64,000 nt of DNA from assembly GCF_009914755.1 (NCBI RefSeq), contig NC_060935.1, one strand, 5' to 3'. This DNA comes from the human T2T-CHM13v2.0 reference genome, Homo sapiens. Below the pieces are notes generated by a model that worked only from the letters and a program-made list of their open reading frames with translations, was not told the origin of the DNA and made no database searches. Position 1 is the stretch's first letter; every line of letters begins with the position of its first letter. The position numbers and the translations under genes were made by a program. Positions 13,071 to 25,240 of the stretch are shown here, in pieces.

Positions 13071-13516
13071 GAGCATTTCCTCCCTCTGCTATTTATACAC
13101 GGAAAGACTTACTACAGCGATCTACCCATATTGCCACCAAGACTTTCCAGGCTCTTCGCATATTTGTGAACAATGAGCTCAATGAACTCTACACGGGACT
13201 GAAGACAGCTCAGAAGTTTCTGAGACCTGGTGGTCGTCTTGTTGCCCTCTCCTTCCATTCACTAGAGGATCGCATCGTCAAAAGATTTTTGCTTGGAATA
13301 AGCATGACAGAAAGATTTAACCTAAGTGTTAGACAACAAGTGATGAAAACATCTCAATTGGGTTCAGATCACGAAAACACGGAAGAAGTCTCTATGAGAA
13401 GAGCTCCTTTAATGTGGGAATTGATACACAAGAAGGTACTTAGTCCACAAGATCAGGATGTACAAGATAACCCCAGAGGGCGCTCAGCCAAGCTTAGAGC
13501 AGCTATCAAATTATAA
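13071..13516 (+). CDS. METTL15: METTL15 terminal coding exon (C-terminal ~148 aa of mitochondrial 12S rRNA N4-methylcytidine methyltransferase, RsmH/MraW family)
   Basis: A pyrimidine tract and TTTTAG acceptor end at 13070. After a phase-1 junction the frame reads (G)[39 protein letters not shown]...[22 protein letters not shown]...[16 protein letters not shown], stop TAA at 13514-13516. It contains the RsmH motifs [24 protein letters not shown] and NPRxRSAKLR. The true splice acceptor argues against a processed pseudogene. Confidence 0.97.
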
Positions 13517-15174
13517 GTTATCATCATCTTATTCTTCAAATTTTTTTCTCACAATTTCTCTAATCTTTACTCATGTTATGTCCCTGAATGTCTTGGTATA
13601 GGTTTAAGTGTGGGACAGTCTGAAAATTGATAGCATTTAGCATTTCTTTTTTCTCAAAAAGAAACTGTAGGAAATACATGACAGAGAAAGTTACACTCAG
13701 GGAGCAGCAGCACCTCCAGACTGGAAAAATGTGTTAATCTTTGCATCATATTGGACTCTTGAAGGCAATCCTTCCTCTGGCCAGGAAATTTTTTAAAAAA
13801 TAATACTGTGTTGTGTTTATCTAAATACGTAAACTCAAGCTACCAAAGAGAAAGATGTTGTAATCATATCTGCATGTCCTAAATTTTGAATTTAGATATT
13901 CCAATTTGCATCAGTCTTTCTGTGGCTCAAATAATGATGATTATGGAATGAATTTTAATGTCCCTACTTGTGAATAATTAGCTTTCTCAAATGTAGGCTT
14001 TTTACAAATTTTAAATTTTAAAATATTAGTTTAAATGTGTGTTATACTGATAAAATTTCATCTTTCAAATTATAGTCTATTATTTTAAAGGGATTTTTCA
14101 GTATGATATGGGCCATTTTGTTCATCTATCGCAAAGTAAAAATGTAAAATCCTTACAGAGAATTGTTTCACAAAACTTATATTTCATGTCAATTGTATTT
14201 ATTTTAATAATAGCTCACAATGCCTTTAGTAAGTAATAAAGTCTCTTATTAGAATCTTGTATTTTTTAATTGAGCTAATCAAAATAATTCAGCCAAGTCT
14301 ATTTGAAATAGAAAACTGTCTATTTAATATAGTAAAATCAATGCTCCCTTAATGTTGTTACAAAGATATGGTAACTGTAATATGGGTAAAAGTTTATTCA
14401 AGAAAAGAGTACTTGGTAGAAGATTCTTTAACAAATTGAGGAGATTGATTCATAATTCACATGTCAATTTTTTATAGTAATATGTACTTCTAATTTATTA
14501 TTTATACTTAAATTGTGACCTGAAAGATGAGTTGGAGATAATTAGTCAAAGGGCACATGGAGTATGGAAGGGGGCATGTTGATTAACCATACATAGAAAT
14601 AAATATTCTCTTAGTTATCCTTGAAATCATATTTATACTATTAATTTGCTCAGTGCACTTTTTTCAAATACAGAAAAAAGATTCTCCATTATAGTTACAA
14701 ATTTTAGGTTGGTGAATCCAAGTGAATGAAATATCAGCATAACTATGTGGGCAAAATAGATAGAATTAAATGCATGAATTTTCCTCAGACTTATTTTATC
14801 TGCCTCTGTAATATTTAACTTTAGTACCCAGGCTTGTTCACTACTTCTGCTTTACAGGCTTTATTTAAATCTGAACAATCCTACAGGGAAATCAGAATTA
14901 GGAAAAAAATCTGGAGAACAATATGGTTGAAATAGAAACAAGAGAATGCACCTAGGTTAATTCCCTGAATCCTACTTGAACATTGTATAAATTTCTCTTT
15001 GCATATAATACATATTTGTGAATGAGACATATTCCCAAAAAATTCTTATCTCTGTATGTGATTGGAAAAGAAAAGATCACATTTGTATATTCAACAATCT
15101 TTCACCTATTTCATAAGTCATTTTTTCACCCTGTATAGTATGGGAATTATTTTTTATGTTAAATAGAAACTGAA

Positions 15175-15885
15175 TGTACTGGGTTGAATGGTGTCCTCTC
15201 CAAAATTCATGTACTTCCTGGAGCCTCAGTATGTGACCTTATTTGGAAATACTGTGGTTGTGGTTGTAAGTAGCTAAGATGAGGTCATACTGGAGCAGGG
15301 CAGGCCCTTAATCCAATATGACTGGTGTTCCTTATAAGAGAAGATAGGGCGGGCATGGTGGCTCACGCCTGTAATCCCAGCACTGTGGGAGGCCAAGCCA
15401 GGCAAATCGCTTGAGGCTGAGGAGTTCAAGACCAGCCTGGCCAACATGGCGAAAACCCATCTCTACTAAAAATAAAATTAGCCATGCGTGGTGCTTGTAA
15501 TGTCAGCTACCCAGGAGTCTGAGGCACAAGAATCACTCGAACCTGGGAGGTGGAGGTTGCGAGATCACACCACTGCACTCCAGTGTGAGCAACAGAACGA
15601 GACTCTGTCTCAAAAAAAAAAAAAAAAAGGGAAGAAAGAGAAGATAGAGACACAGGGGAGAATGCCACATGAAGCTGGAGGCAGAGATTGGAGTGATACA
15701 TTGTGGGAACCCTCAGAAGATAGGAAAAAAGCATGGAATAGATTCTCCCTCAGAGTTCCAGTAGTTGCCAACCCTGCTAACATGGTTTTGCACATCTAGC
15801 ATCCAGAACAGTGAGAATGTATTTCTGCTGTTTTAAGGTACCCAGTTCATGGTAATTTGTTACAGCAATCCTAGGAAGCTAATAC
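15175..15885 (+). mobile_element. MLT1-type MaLR LTR in the METTL15 3' UTR, split by an Alu
   Basis: Starts TGTACTGGGTTGAATGGTGTCC...GTGACCTTATTTGGAAAT; ends GGTAATTTGTTACAGCAATCCTAGGAAGCTAATAC. Confidence 0.85.
15348..15635 (+). mobile_element. AluS-type element in the 3' UTR
   Basis: Dimeric Alu with an A tail; 12-bp TSD AAGAGAAGATAG at 15336-15347 and 15636-15647. Confidence 0.93.
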
Positions 15886-17949
15886 TCTGACAGAAAAAAA
15901 TCTTGGATAATATGCATGAGAAAAATCCTTCAATAAACACAAAATTGGTTTCAAAATGTTTTCATGTAAAAATAAATTAACTTTTCTGTAATTAGATTGT
16001 GTTTTATAGTAATTCTTGCCTGCTTCTTAGTCTTTGTTGTAGGATGCATAATAAAATACATGAATGAGTTTTAAATGGTTAGCTTTGGAGAATGGTTTTG
16101 GGAAGTTCCTACAGTACACAGAAATAAAAGCTAATGTTACTATGAATGCGCATTACTTTTCTAATAAAATGTTTCTGAATCTCTGTCTTGACTGCCTTCT
16201 ATGAATCATTTTAACATAGTATCAATGTCATTGTGTAGTACATCAGTTCTTAACAGTTTTTAGTTCATTACTTAAATAAAATTTAATAACTACAATTTTT
16301 AGATAATATCCCTATTTTTATTTTATTTTTAAAATTGTATATTAATTACTATGTTCTTTGAAGTTTCTAGGGGTGTTCTTGAAAGACACTATATCTATAT
16401 GTCTTTTCTATTTCATGTAGTATATGATATATTATTTGTGCTTAAATTCATTGTAGTAAACTATTTGTTGTGCTACAAGCAGTAGTTTATAAGAGAATAC
16501 AGTATGCCTAATTAGATTTTTTAAATGAACTAATATTTCTTAAAATTCACTTGCAAATATTTGAAAATCATATTTTCTTAAGTCTTTGCAGAGTATTACA
16601 TACCTAAGGTTTTTAAAATTTTTGTTTCTAATTTTTGTTTTTAAGAAGTAGAGATAATGAATCTGTACTGCAGACTTTTAAAAAATAATTTTACTTTCAT
16701 TTGAAATCTGTCATTCAAAAAGTATGAGACAGTTCTTAATGGGACTTAATGGCTAAAAAAAGAGAAAAATATATGTATATATGTACTCAAGCGTATATTA
16801 GAAGCTAACTGTTTAGGAAGAAATAAAAAAATACCTTTTTCACCACTCTCCCTCTTTTTATATACCATCCCTTCTTCTCTGTTCACATTGGTATGTAAAT
16901 TTGAGGTGACATTAATTATGTTTCAATTTATCTCTGGAAAAAGAAATATTAGGTAATTTTGGCACATACCATGACAAACTAAGCCTTACATATTAGAATC
17001 TTTTTAATAGATTAAAAACTAAATTAAAAATTGCTTCTGGTTAAAATTTTGTAAAATTTATTTTACTGCAATTATTTTTCTATTTAGTTTTCATAATTGC
17101 TTCAGTATCCTAATTGATATTTTTGTGTAGCAGCATTCTATAATAGACAGGGATAAGCATTTAAACATAAAGAGAATTTTGTGAGGTGCTTGATAAATAT
17201 AAATTTGAAACTCTGATCAAAGATATATTTTTCTCATAACCACAATGCCATATGTTTGATGTTGATTGAAGTATGGTTTGTAAAAATCAACCCTATATTC
17301 TAAAGAGGCTGGGTTGTATAACAAACACAGCTATTTTTATATTATTTTCTCAAATCTTATCTGTTTATAGCTACTATATCCAACTAATGTTTGGTAACAC
17401 AGGATGATCTGCAGGAATGCTAAGAGAAAGTTTACATATAAATTATTTTTTTAAAGTCTAGTTGCAGCATAAAATTTTAAAAACATTTAAAATGAAGAAT
17501 TGTACAACATACAATGGTCATAATTTATAATGCTTGTCACTGACTTTTTGGCCACCTCACTTCCTTCTCATAATCTGCCCAAATTATTAGGCAACAAAGT
17601 AAAGAAAATTTAATATTTCAATATGCACAGCAGGAGATTGTGTCTTTGGTAATGTTACTTTAAATACTGAACAAGTTTTCTACTATTAGCTGTTGTCCTA
17701 TTAAATATATCATTGCTCAAATGTTAGAATACAAAGGTGAAATCAAACAAGAGGACATGCTCCACTTGATTCTTGAATAATTATTTCTGTTCGTTAAACC
17801 CCATCTTTATGCTTTGAGCAATAACACTTGTCTGCCTTGCACAGGTGAAGATTTGTATTATTAAGCCATCAAATGATAGGATTCCTCATAATTTCACAAG
17901 GAAAAGTCTTATTATTCAAGTCTTATAGGTGCTAAGTTGAGGAGAAGAC

Positions 17950-18670
17950 CGTATAGTATTGTGAATAACGCTATTGGCTGGGGACTCAGAAAACCGAGGG
18001 TTTGAATTCCGGATCTACATGTAATAACTGAATGTATGAACTTGGACATCCTATTTAATCTCTTGAATTCTCATTTGTTTCATTTTAAGATGTGGATATT
18101 ATTGGTACTTTCTCATGTTGCTGTGAATCAAATAGAAGATAAATGTTTATGAACTGAAAGTTCTAAGAATGAAATGAGATAATGCACTGCTGTATTTTGG
18201 AGATGCTTTATTTGACCCCTCCAAATCTCATGTTGAAATTTAACCTCCAATGTTAGAGGTGGTACCTAATAAATGATGTCCGGGTCATGGGAGAGAGTCC
18301 CTCATGAATGGCTTAATGCTGTCCTCATAGTAACAATTGTTTTTGCTGTATCAATTCCCAGAGAGCTGGTTGTTAAAAAGAGCCTGGTTCCTCCCTCTTC
18401 TCTCTTGCTCCCTCTCTTGCCTTGTGATTACACACCAGCTCCCCTTTGCCTTCGACCATAAGAGGATCCACCCTGAAGCCCTTACCAGCAGCTGATGGTG
18501 CCATGCTTCTTGTATGGCCTAGAAAACCATAAGCGAAATAAATTTCTTTATAAATTACCCAGCCTTGGGTGTTCTTTATAGAATTAAAAATGGACTGAGA
18601 CATGCATGTAAAGCAGTTAGCACAGTTCTGGACGTATAGTAAACACTCACTGAGTACATAGTGCTATTAT
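17950..18670 (+). mobile_element. MIR, interrupted by an MST LTR
   Basis: MIR core GGGTTTGAATTCCGGATCTAC...; the motif AATGAGATAATGCA continues after the LTR as TGTAAAGCAGTTAGCACAG. Confidence 0.7.
18188..18602 (+). mobile_element. MST-type MaLR solo LTR
   Basis: TG...CCCTCCAAATCTCATGTTGAAATTTAA...AATAAATTTC...AAATGGACTGAGACA; 5-bp TSD TGCAC/TGCAT. Confidence 0.85.
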
Positions 18671-19246
18671 TTTGCTGGAAAAGATTTACCAAAATCTAAC
18701 TTAACATTTCTGGACGTTATGGTTAAAGATGTCTTTTTTCCCCCCTTAGTAGTTTTAAGTGCAGCGTCTGCATCACTAGCAGGAATTGATAGGGTTATAG
18801 TCTGTTTTATTATTTGGGAACTTCACTCCCATGTATTATTTATTAAACACTCCCAGTATTTGCTACACCTTGACAGGGTATATAAAATACAGTCATTGCT
18901 CTTGTGGAGTTTCCATTTATAAGAAAAGATGGGATAAGAGGAGCCGGCTGCTGAAGTTATTTGGCATTCATTTAGGTAAGAGAAAGTATTTGTCCTCCTC
19001 CACCTTCATATCAGTAAGTGGCCAACCTACAGAGTCTTTATAGTCAGATTCTCCAAAATACATATTGAGGGGGAAAAGGAAATGAGTAATTTGTGAGATA
19101 TTAGATGGAAGATTGTTGCAGGACTATGAAAGAGTTTTCTAATTCTGCACTCTAAAGCCAGTGAGAAGAGGCCAATAAAAAGGACCAATAAAAGTGTGTG
19201 TTGCAGGTCTTAAAGGGAAAATAACTGGTGGAAGATAGGTGGACTA

Positions 19247-20582
19247 CACTCATGCACCACTTAACATTTTAGTCAACAATGGACTACATATACAATGGTG
19301 GCCCCATGAAATTATAATGGAGCTAAAAAATTCCTATCACCTTGTGACATCTTAACCATTGTAACATCACAGGGCAACGTAATAGTCACATGTTTGTGAT
19401 GCTGCTGCTGTTAACCTGCACTGCCAGTCAGTACAATATATAATACTTGGTGATAAATGGCTATGTTTCTTTTTTATGTATTTACTATGTTTTATCATTA
19501 TTTTAGAGTGTACTCCTTGTACTTATTTTTTTAAAAACATTACTGTTAACCTCAGGCAGGTCCTTCAGGAGGTATTCCAGAAGAAGGCATTGTTACCATA
19601 GGAGATGACAGTTCTATGTACATTATTACCCCTGAACACCTTCCAGTGGGACAAGATGCAGAGGTAGAAGATAGTAATATTGATCATCCTGACCCTATGT
19701 ACGTCTAGGCTAATGTGTGCATTTGTGGCTTAGTTTTTAACTAAAAAGTTTTAAAAGTAAATTTAAAAATTAATACAAAAAATATAGAAAAAGATATAAA
19801 GAAAATGTTTTTGTACAGCATGTTTGTGTTTTAAGCTCTGTTATTACAAAAGAGTAAGAAAGTCAACAAGTTTATAAGGTAAAAAACTTACTTTAAGCTA
19901 AAGTAGTTTATTATTGAAGAAATAAAATTTTTTATGTTTTAATTTTAATTTTTTTTAAGATACAGAGTCTTGCTGTGATGCCCAGGCTGGAGTGCAGTGA
20001 TGGGATCACAGCTTGTTGCAGTCTTGAACTCCTGAGTTTTATAGAAATAAAATTTTTGTAGAAATAAAAATGGACTGAGACATGCATGTAAAGCAGTTAC
20101 CAGGCCCAATACCCTAATCAACAATCAAGCAATCCTCCCACCTCAGCCTCCCAAAGTGCTAGGACTATAGGTGCAAGTCACCACACCCAGCCAGAAAAAT
20201 ATTTTTTATATATTTAGTGTAACCTAAGTATACAGTGTTTATAAAGTCTACAGTAGTGTGTAGTAATGTCCTAGGCCTTAACATTCACAACTCACTGACT
20301 CAAAGCAACTTCCAGTCATACAAGCACTATTCATAGTAAGTGCACCTTTTTTTATCTTTTATGCAGTATTTTTAGTATTTTTACTGTATCTTTAATATGT
20401 TTAGATACACAAATACCATTGTATTACAATTGCCTACATTATCAATACAGTAACATGCCATACAGGTTTGTGTAGGCTATATACCATTTAGCCTAGGTGT
20501 GTAGAAGGCTATACTATCTAGGTTTATGTAAGTACACTGCTGACACAAGGATATTGCCTAATGACCCATGTCTCAATGCCTG
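19247..20582. mobile_element. Tigger3 (Golem/MER7-type) DNA transposon remnant
   Basis: TA|CACTCATGCACCAC...TGGTGGCCCCATGAAATTATAATGG at the left end and ...ATGCCTG|TA at the right end; TA target duplication. Confidence 0.8.
19936..20192 (-). mobile_element. Alu monomer (FLAM/FRAM-like) inside Tigger3, split by an 87-bp insertion
   Basis: ...CCCAGGCTGGAGTGCAGTG...AACTCCTGAGT [insert] TCAAGCAATCCTCCCACCTCAGCCTCCCAAAGTG... Confidence 0.85.
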
Positions 20583-21459
20583 TACTTACAATTAGAGCTG
20601 ATCTTTCCTTTTACAGACCCAGAAATAGATGTTAATCAGAACTGGATTCCTCTAATTCCCACCCCCTTAACTTTCATCTGGGCATTTATAAATCTCTTCC
20701 TTTATCCCTACTTTTTACCCCTGTGTTTCAGCAGAAAGCTTATCTTTGCTTCTTTTTTTTTTTTTTCCTGTCTTCACCAAGACTTGGTTCAGTCAATTTT
20801 ACTTGCAACTGCAGTCTTTAAGCCTTTCTTTGCTAGTGTCTTTCCCTCAGCCTGCAAACATCTTCAAAAGGGCCCCATGCTAAAAGCAAACCCTTGACTG
20901 TTTTTCTTACCAAAATACCACCTATTTTCTGTTTTCTTTCATAATTTGATTTCTTAAAGAATCTACACTGCCTCCAACTCCTCATCAATTTTTAAATTTA
21001 TTCTAGGGTATTCTTTATAGAAATCTTCTCTTAATAGTTAATGTTGGTTTTGTTACCAGGCCCAACACCCTAATCACCATCTTTAGCTACCTGATCTCTA
21101 CAAGATTTGATCATGTTTATCCTTCCATAAAAATATTTTTTTCCATTGCGTCCTCCAAAATCAGTTTGTCTCTCTAACACTGATTCTTTCACGGAATCAT
21201 CTTCTCTCTATTCCGTAGCCATATGGTGACTCATGTGAATTGTTTACAAGGTAGTTAGTCCTAGGAATGTGCATGTAGTGAGGGTAATACTGTGAAATCC
21301 CTCCATGATCATCCACAGAGTGGATGAGAGATATCAAAACAATAATGAAAGAAACAGAGTTTGGAGTCTTCCTAGATTTAAATAAAAGAAACTTTTTATT
21401 ATAGTGTAGGTATTAAACCAGCAAGAATCAAGGTGTTAAAATTGACTTCAAATTACAAA

Positions 21460-22480
21460 CCAGGACTTCAGCTTTGGTAATGACAAGATAATTCGGGTTA
21501 ACCATCCCACTTACAACAACTAGAAACCCTGGACAAAATATTTTTTGTAAGAAATCTAGGTGAAAGCATCAGAGAGCTAATAAGGAATGAAAAAGATCTT
21601 GGAGGAGGAAAAAACGTAGAGGTTAGATCAGCATTTGTAGCTGCCAATTGTGAGTTTCAGAAAAGGCAGCTGAGAAACTAAGAGGAACTTTTGATAGTCT
21701 TTTGGGAAGTACATGTAAATTTGAAACCAAACTGGACCTTGAAGGAATTGGAGCTCAGTTTTAAATCATCTTAGCCCTTGAAGTTGGATTAAATTGATCC
21801 TAGACACTAGAGTCCCTAAGTGCCTTTCAAAAGCTATTTAAAATCTTTTGGGGAAAAAGTTCTAGTTCTAAAATAATTTCTGTAATTGTTCATATTTATT
21901 GTCTATCACTAAATCAAAAAGTGACCAGTCATGAAGAAATGTGATGTGATTTTTAAAAGATGAAGAATACATATAATAAAAAAGATACCCATGAGGGATT
22001 CACACACAATGCTGTACATAAGTTCAGGGAAATTAAAAAGCTGAAAACTATAAAAAATAAAAATTCTAGAACTGAGAAGTATAGTACTCAACTTTAAGAA
22101 CTCCATGGATTGGTTTAAGAGCAGATTAGACACAACTAAAAATCATCAACTAAAAGATATTTCAGAAGGAAATATCTAGAGTAAAGCATAATGAGACATA
22201 AAGAGAATGCAAAAAAAAAAAAAACTGTACAAAAGACATAAAAGTTAAAATGAGAAGTCTAACTCAGGTGTAATTGGCCTCCCAAAAAGAGAGATGACCA
22301 AAATCAACAGCAACAATGTAGCAGAAGCCATATTTGGAGAGAAAGTGACAGAATTTCCTAAAACTGATGAAAGACATCAAACTACAGATCCAAGAAGCTC
22401 CCAAACTTTCTAGGAACAGCATAGTAAAACCTGCTGCAAATCAAAGTTGAAGAAAAAAAGTCCTGTGAGTTGAAAGGAAA
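21460..22480 (+). mobile_element. Old L1 5'/ORF1 region remnant
   Basis: TTAAGAGCAGATTAGACACAACT and TTTCCTAAAACTGATGAAAGACATCAAACTACAGATCCAAGAAGCTC are L1M ORF1-like. Boundaries approximate. Confidence 0.6.
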
Positions 22481-23036
22481 GAGGCATTCTCAAGGAATAA
22501 AAGTCACATGAGCCATGAGGAGGAGAAAGTAGGGGGGAAAGGGGAACTATTCGATGATAAAATCCAGCAAATCAAGATGTGAAAAACAAAAAATCAGTAA
22601 GGGAGAAGTTGTCTGGTAAAAAGAACTGTGATAAGCTCGGAATCCATGTAAATACAGAACTAAGAGTAAACAATCATGAGAATTATGGTTACAAAGCAAA
22701 ATACACAAGGCTTGAAAATATAAAACTAGCAGCTCACTGAAATTATGAAGCTGAAGGGTCAGGAGATAGAGAAGTATACGTACACTAATTTGTTTTTAAG
22801 AAACAAGGATTCAATTCTGTCAAAATGTTGGAATCATTTTTAAATCATTTTAAAAATGATTCCAACATTTTTGTACATTTTATAATTTTGGTGACAAGGC
22901 ATTTTTGACTAAAAATCTAGATTGAGCAATACATTACTCTCTAATTTCAGTTAAATTCAAATTAAATGATATGCTTGTATTAAAAAATAAGCTACATAGT
23001 CCGATGTGCCCTCTCTATAAAAATTTTTGCTGTTCT

Positions 23037-24002
23037 AAAAGAAACTATCATCAGAGTGAACAGGCAACCTACAGAATGGGAGAAAAGTTTTGCAATCTAT
23101 CCATCTGGCAAAGGGCTAATATCCAGAATCTGCAAGGAACTTAAACAAATTTACAAGAAAGAAACAACCCCATCAAAAAGTGGGCAAAGGATATGAACAG
23201 ACACTTCTCAAAAGAAGACGTTTATGTGGCCAACAAACATACGAAAAAAACCTCATCATCCCTGGTCATTAGAGTGATGCAAATCAAGACCACAATGAGA
23301 TACCATCTCACGCCAGCTAGAATGGTGATCATTAAAAAGTCAGGAAACAACAGATCTGGAGAGGATGTGGAGAAATAGGAACACTTTTACAGCATTGGTG
23401 GGAGCGTAAATTAGTTCAACTATTGTGGAAGACAGTGTTGCGATTCCCCAAGGATCTAGAACCAGAAATACCATTTGACCCAGCAATCCCATCACTAGGT
23501 GTATACCCAAAGGATTATAAATCATTCTACTATAAGGGCACATGCACACATATGTTTATTGCAGCACTATTCACAATAGCAAAGACTTAAAACCAACCCA
23601 AATGCCCATCAATAATAGACTGGATAAAGAAAATGTGGCACATATACACCATGGAATACTGTGCAGTCATAAAAAGGATGAGTTCATGTCCTTTGCAGGA
23701 ACGTGGATGAAGCTAGAAACCATCATTCTCAGCAAACTAACACAGGAACAGAAAACCAAACACCACATGTTCTCACTCATAAGTGGGAGTTGAACAGTGA
23801 GAATACATGGACACAGGGAGGGGAACATCACACATCAGGGCCTGTCAGAGGTTGGGGGGCTAGGGGAGGGATAGCATTAGGAGAAATACCTATTGTAGAT
23901 GACTGGTTGATGGATGCAACAAACCACCATGGCACGTGTATACCTATGTGACCTGCACGTTCTGCACATGTATCTCAAAACTTAAAGTATAATTAAAAAA
24001 AA
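23037..24002 (+). mobile_element. 5'-truncated L1PA (about 1 kb of 3' end)
   Basis: ORF2 C-terminal fragments ([16 protein letters not shown]...; [12 protein letters not shown]), G-rich 3' UTR and A tail; imperfect TSD TTTGCTGTTCTA / TTTGCTATTCTA. Confidence 0.92.
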
Positions 24003-24924
24003 TTTGCTATTCTATTTACTCTTCTGTCCTTAGTGATACATGAAAGATATTCTTTATTAATGATGTTTAATTCTAGGTGGAGGGATTTAGTATGTTTAAT
24101 CATTCTTTGAAAATGTTTTCTGTTTTAAAATGTTTGTAATGAATGTATATCCATTTTACAAAAGCAGTCTAGTTTCAGTATTATTTTGAAAGAGCACAGA
24201 TTTTGGAATCATCTTGCATATAAATTTATCTCTAAACCTCATTTTACTCTTCTGAAAAATGAGGATGTTAACACCTATTTTATAAGGTGGGTGTATTAAA
24301 CATGAATATTTATATATACAAGAGTTAAATAGGGTATGCACAAAGTAGTATCTTTTTTGTTTTTGTTTTAGTTACCGTTGTACTAGTTTGTCAAATAGGC
24401 TAAAATAACACATCTCTACTTACTTATCTGTAAAATGATGGAGTTTGTATTGGACATGCCAGTGTACTCTCCACTTCTGGAGTGGACTCTTCTCTGTGTG
24501 GCCATTTTGCAATCTTCCATGTCATTCCATGACCACCCTCTATCACCACACCATCACCCCAAATTTCTTGTTCCATTCCTATCACAGTTAATTGGCCCAG
24601 GGGTAGACTATGATGTAAAACTAGGCTAATCCTGGCTACAGGTGACTGACCCAATCTAGATCTTTCCTATTTTTAAAAAACATTCATGAGAAAAGGGGAT
24701 TTCTTGGGCCCACTTCAATGTCTGAAAGGTGTAAAACTTAAAACTGTCAGGGCCACATTTTCACCATGTAAAAAAGAGTGACAACTTACAGAAGGAAAAT
24801 AAAAAGACAGGAGTTGGAGAGCTCTTCCTGGGAGCATTCACATTCTTCATCCCAGTTGTTCTAGAAGCCCAGGTGTATCTATGCCCTTCCCATGATTTAG
24901 TTGTGCACCCATTCTTCGATTCTA

Positions 24925-25240
24925 TTTTTTTATTTTTATTTTTATTTTTATTTTTTTGTGATACAGGGTCTTGCTCTATTACCCACACTGGAGTGCACAG
25001 ATGTGATCATGGCTCACTCAGCCTTAACCTCCCAGGTTCAAGTGGTCCTCCCATCTCGGCCTCCCGAGTAGCTGGGACCACAGGTGTGTGGCACCAGGCT
25101 GGGCTAATTTTTTTTTTTTTTGTAGGGACAGGGTTTCTCTATGTTGCCCAGCCTGGTCTTTAATTCCTGGGCTCAAGTGATCCTCCCACCTTGGCCTCCC
25201 AAAGTACTATAACTACAGGCATGAGCCACCACACCTGGCC
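24925..25240 (-). mobile_element. Alu (AluJ-like)
   Basis: (TTTTTA)n tail then ACAGGGTCTTGCTCT...GGGCTCAAGTGATCCTCCCACCTTGGCCTCCCAAAG. Confidence 0.9.

Larger units (their letters stand above)
13517..16185 (+). other. METTL15: METTL15 3' UTR with several candidate poly(A) signals
   Basis: AT-rich sequence after the stop codon. AATAAA at 14235, 14598, 15932, 15971, 16050, 16123 and 16163; the last is followed by TG/T-rich sequence. The end point is inferred. Confidence 0.6.

Noticed and set aside
13166-13516. Stand-alone 116-aa ORF or processed METTL15 pseudogene
   Set aside because: It starts at an internal GTG; homology extends to a splice acceptor at 13070 and no upstream coding exons are fused to it.
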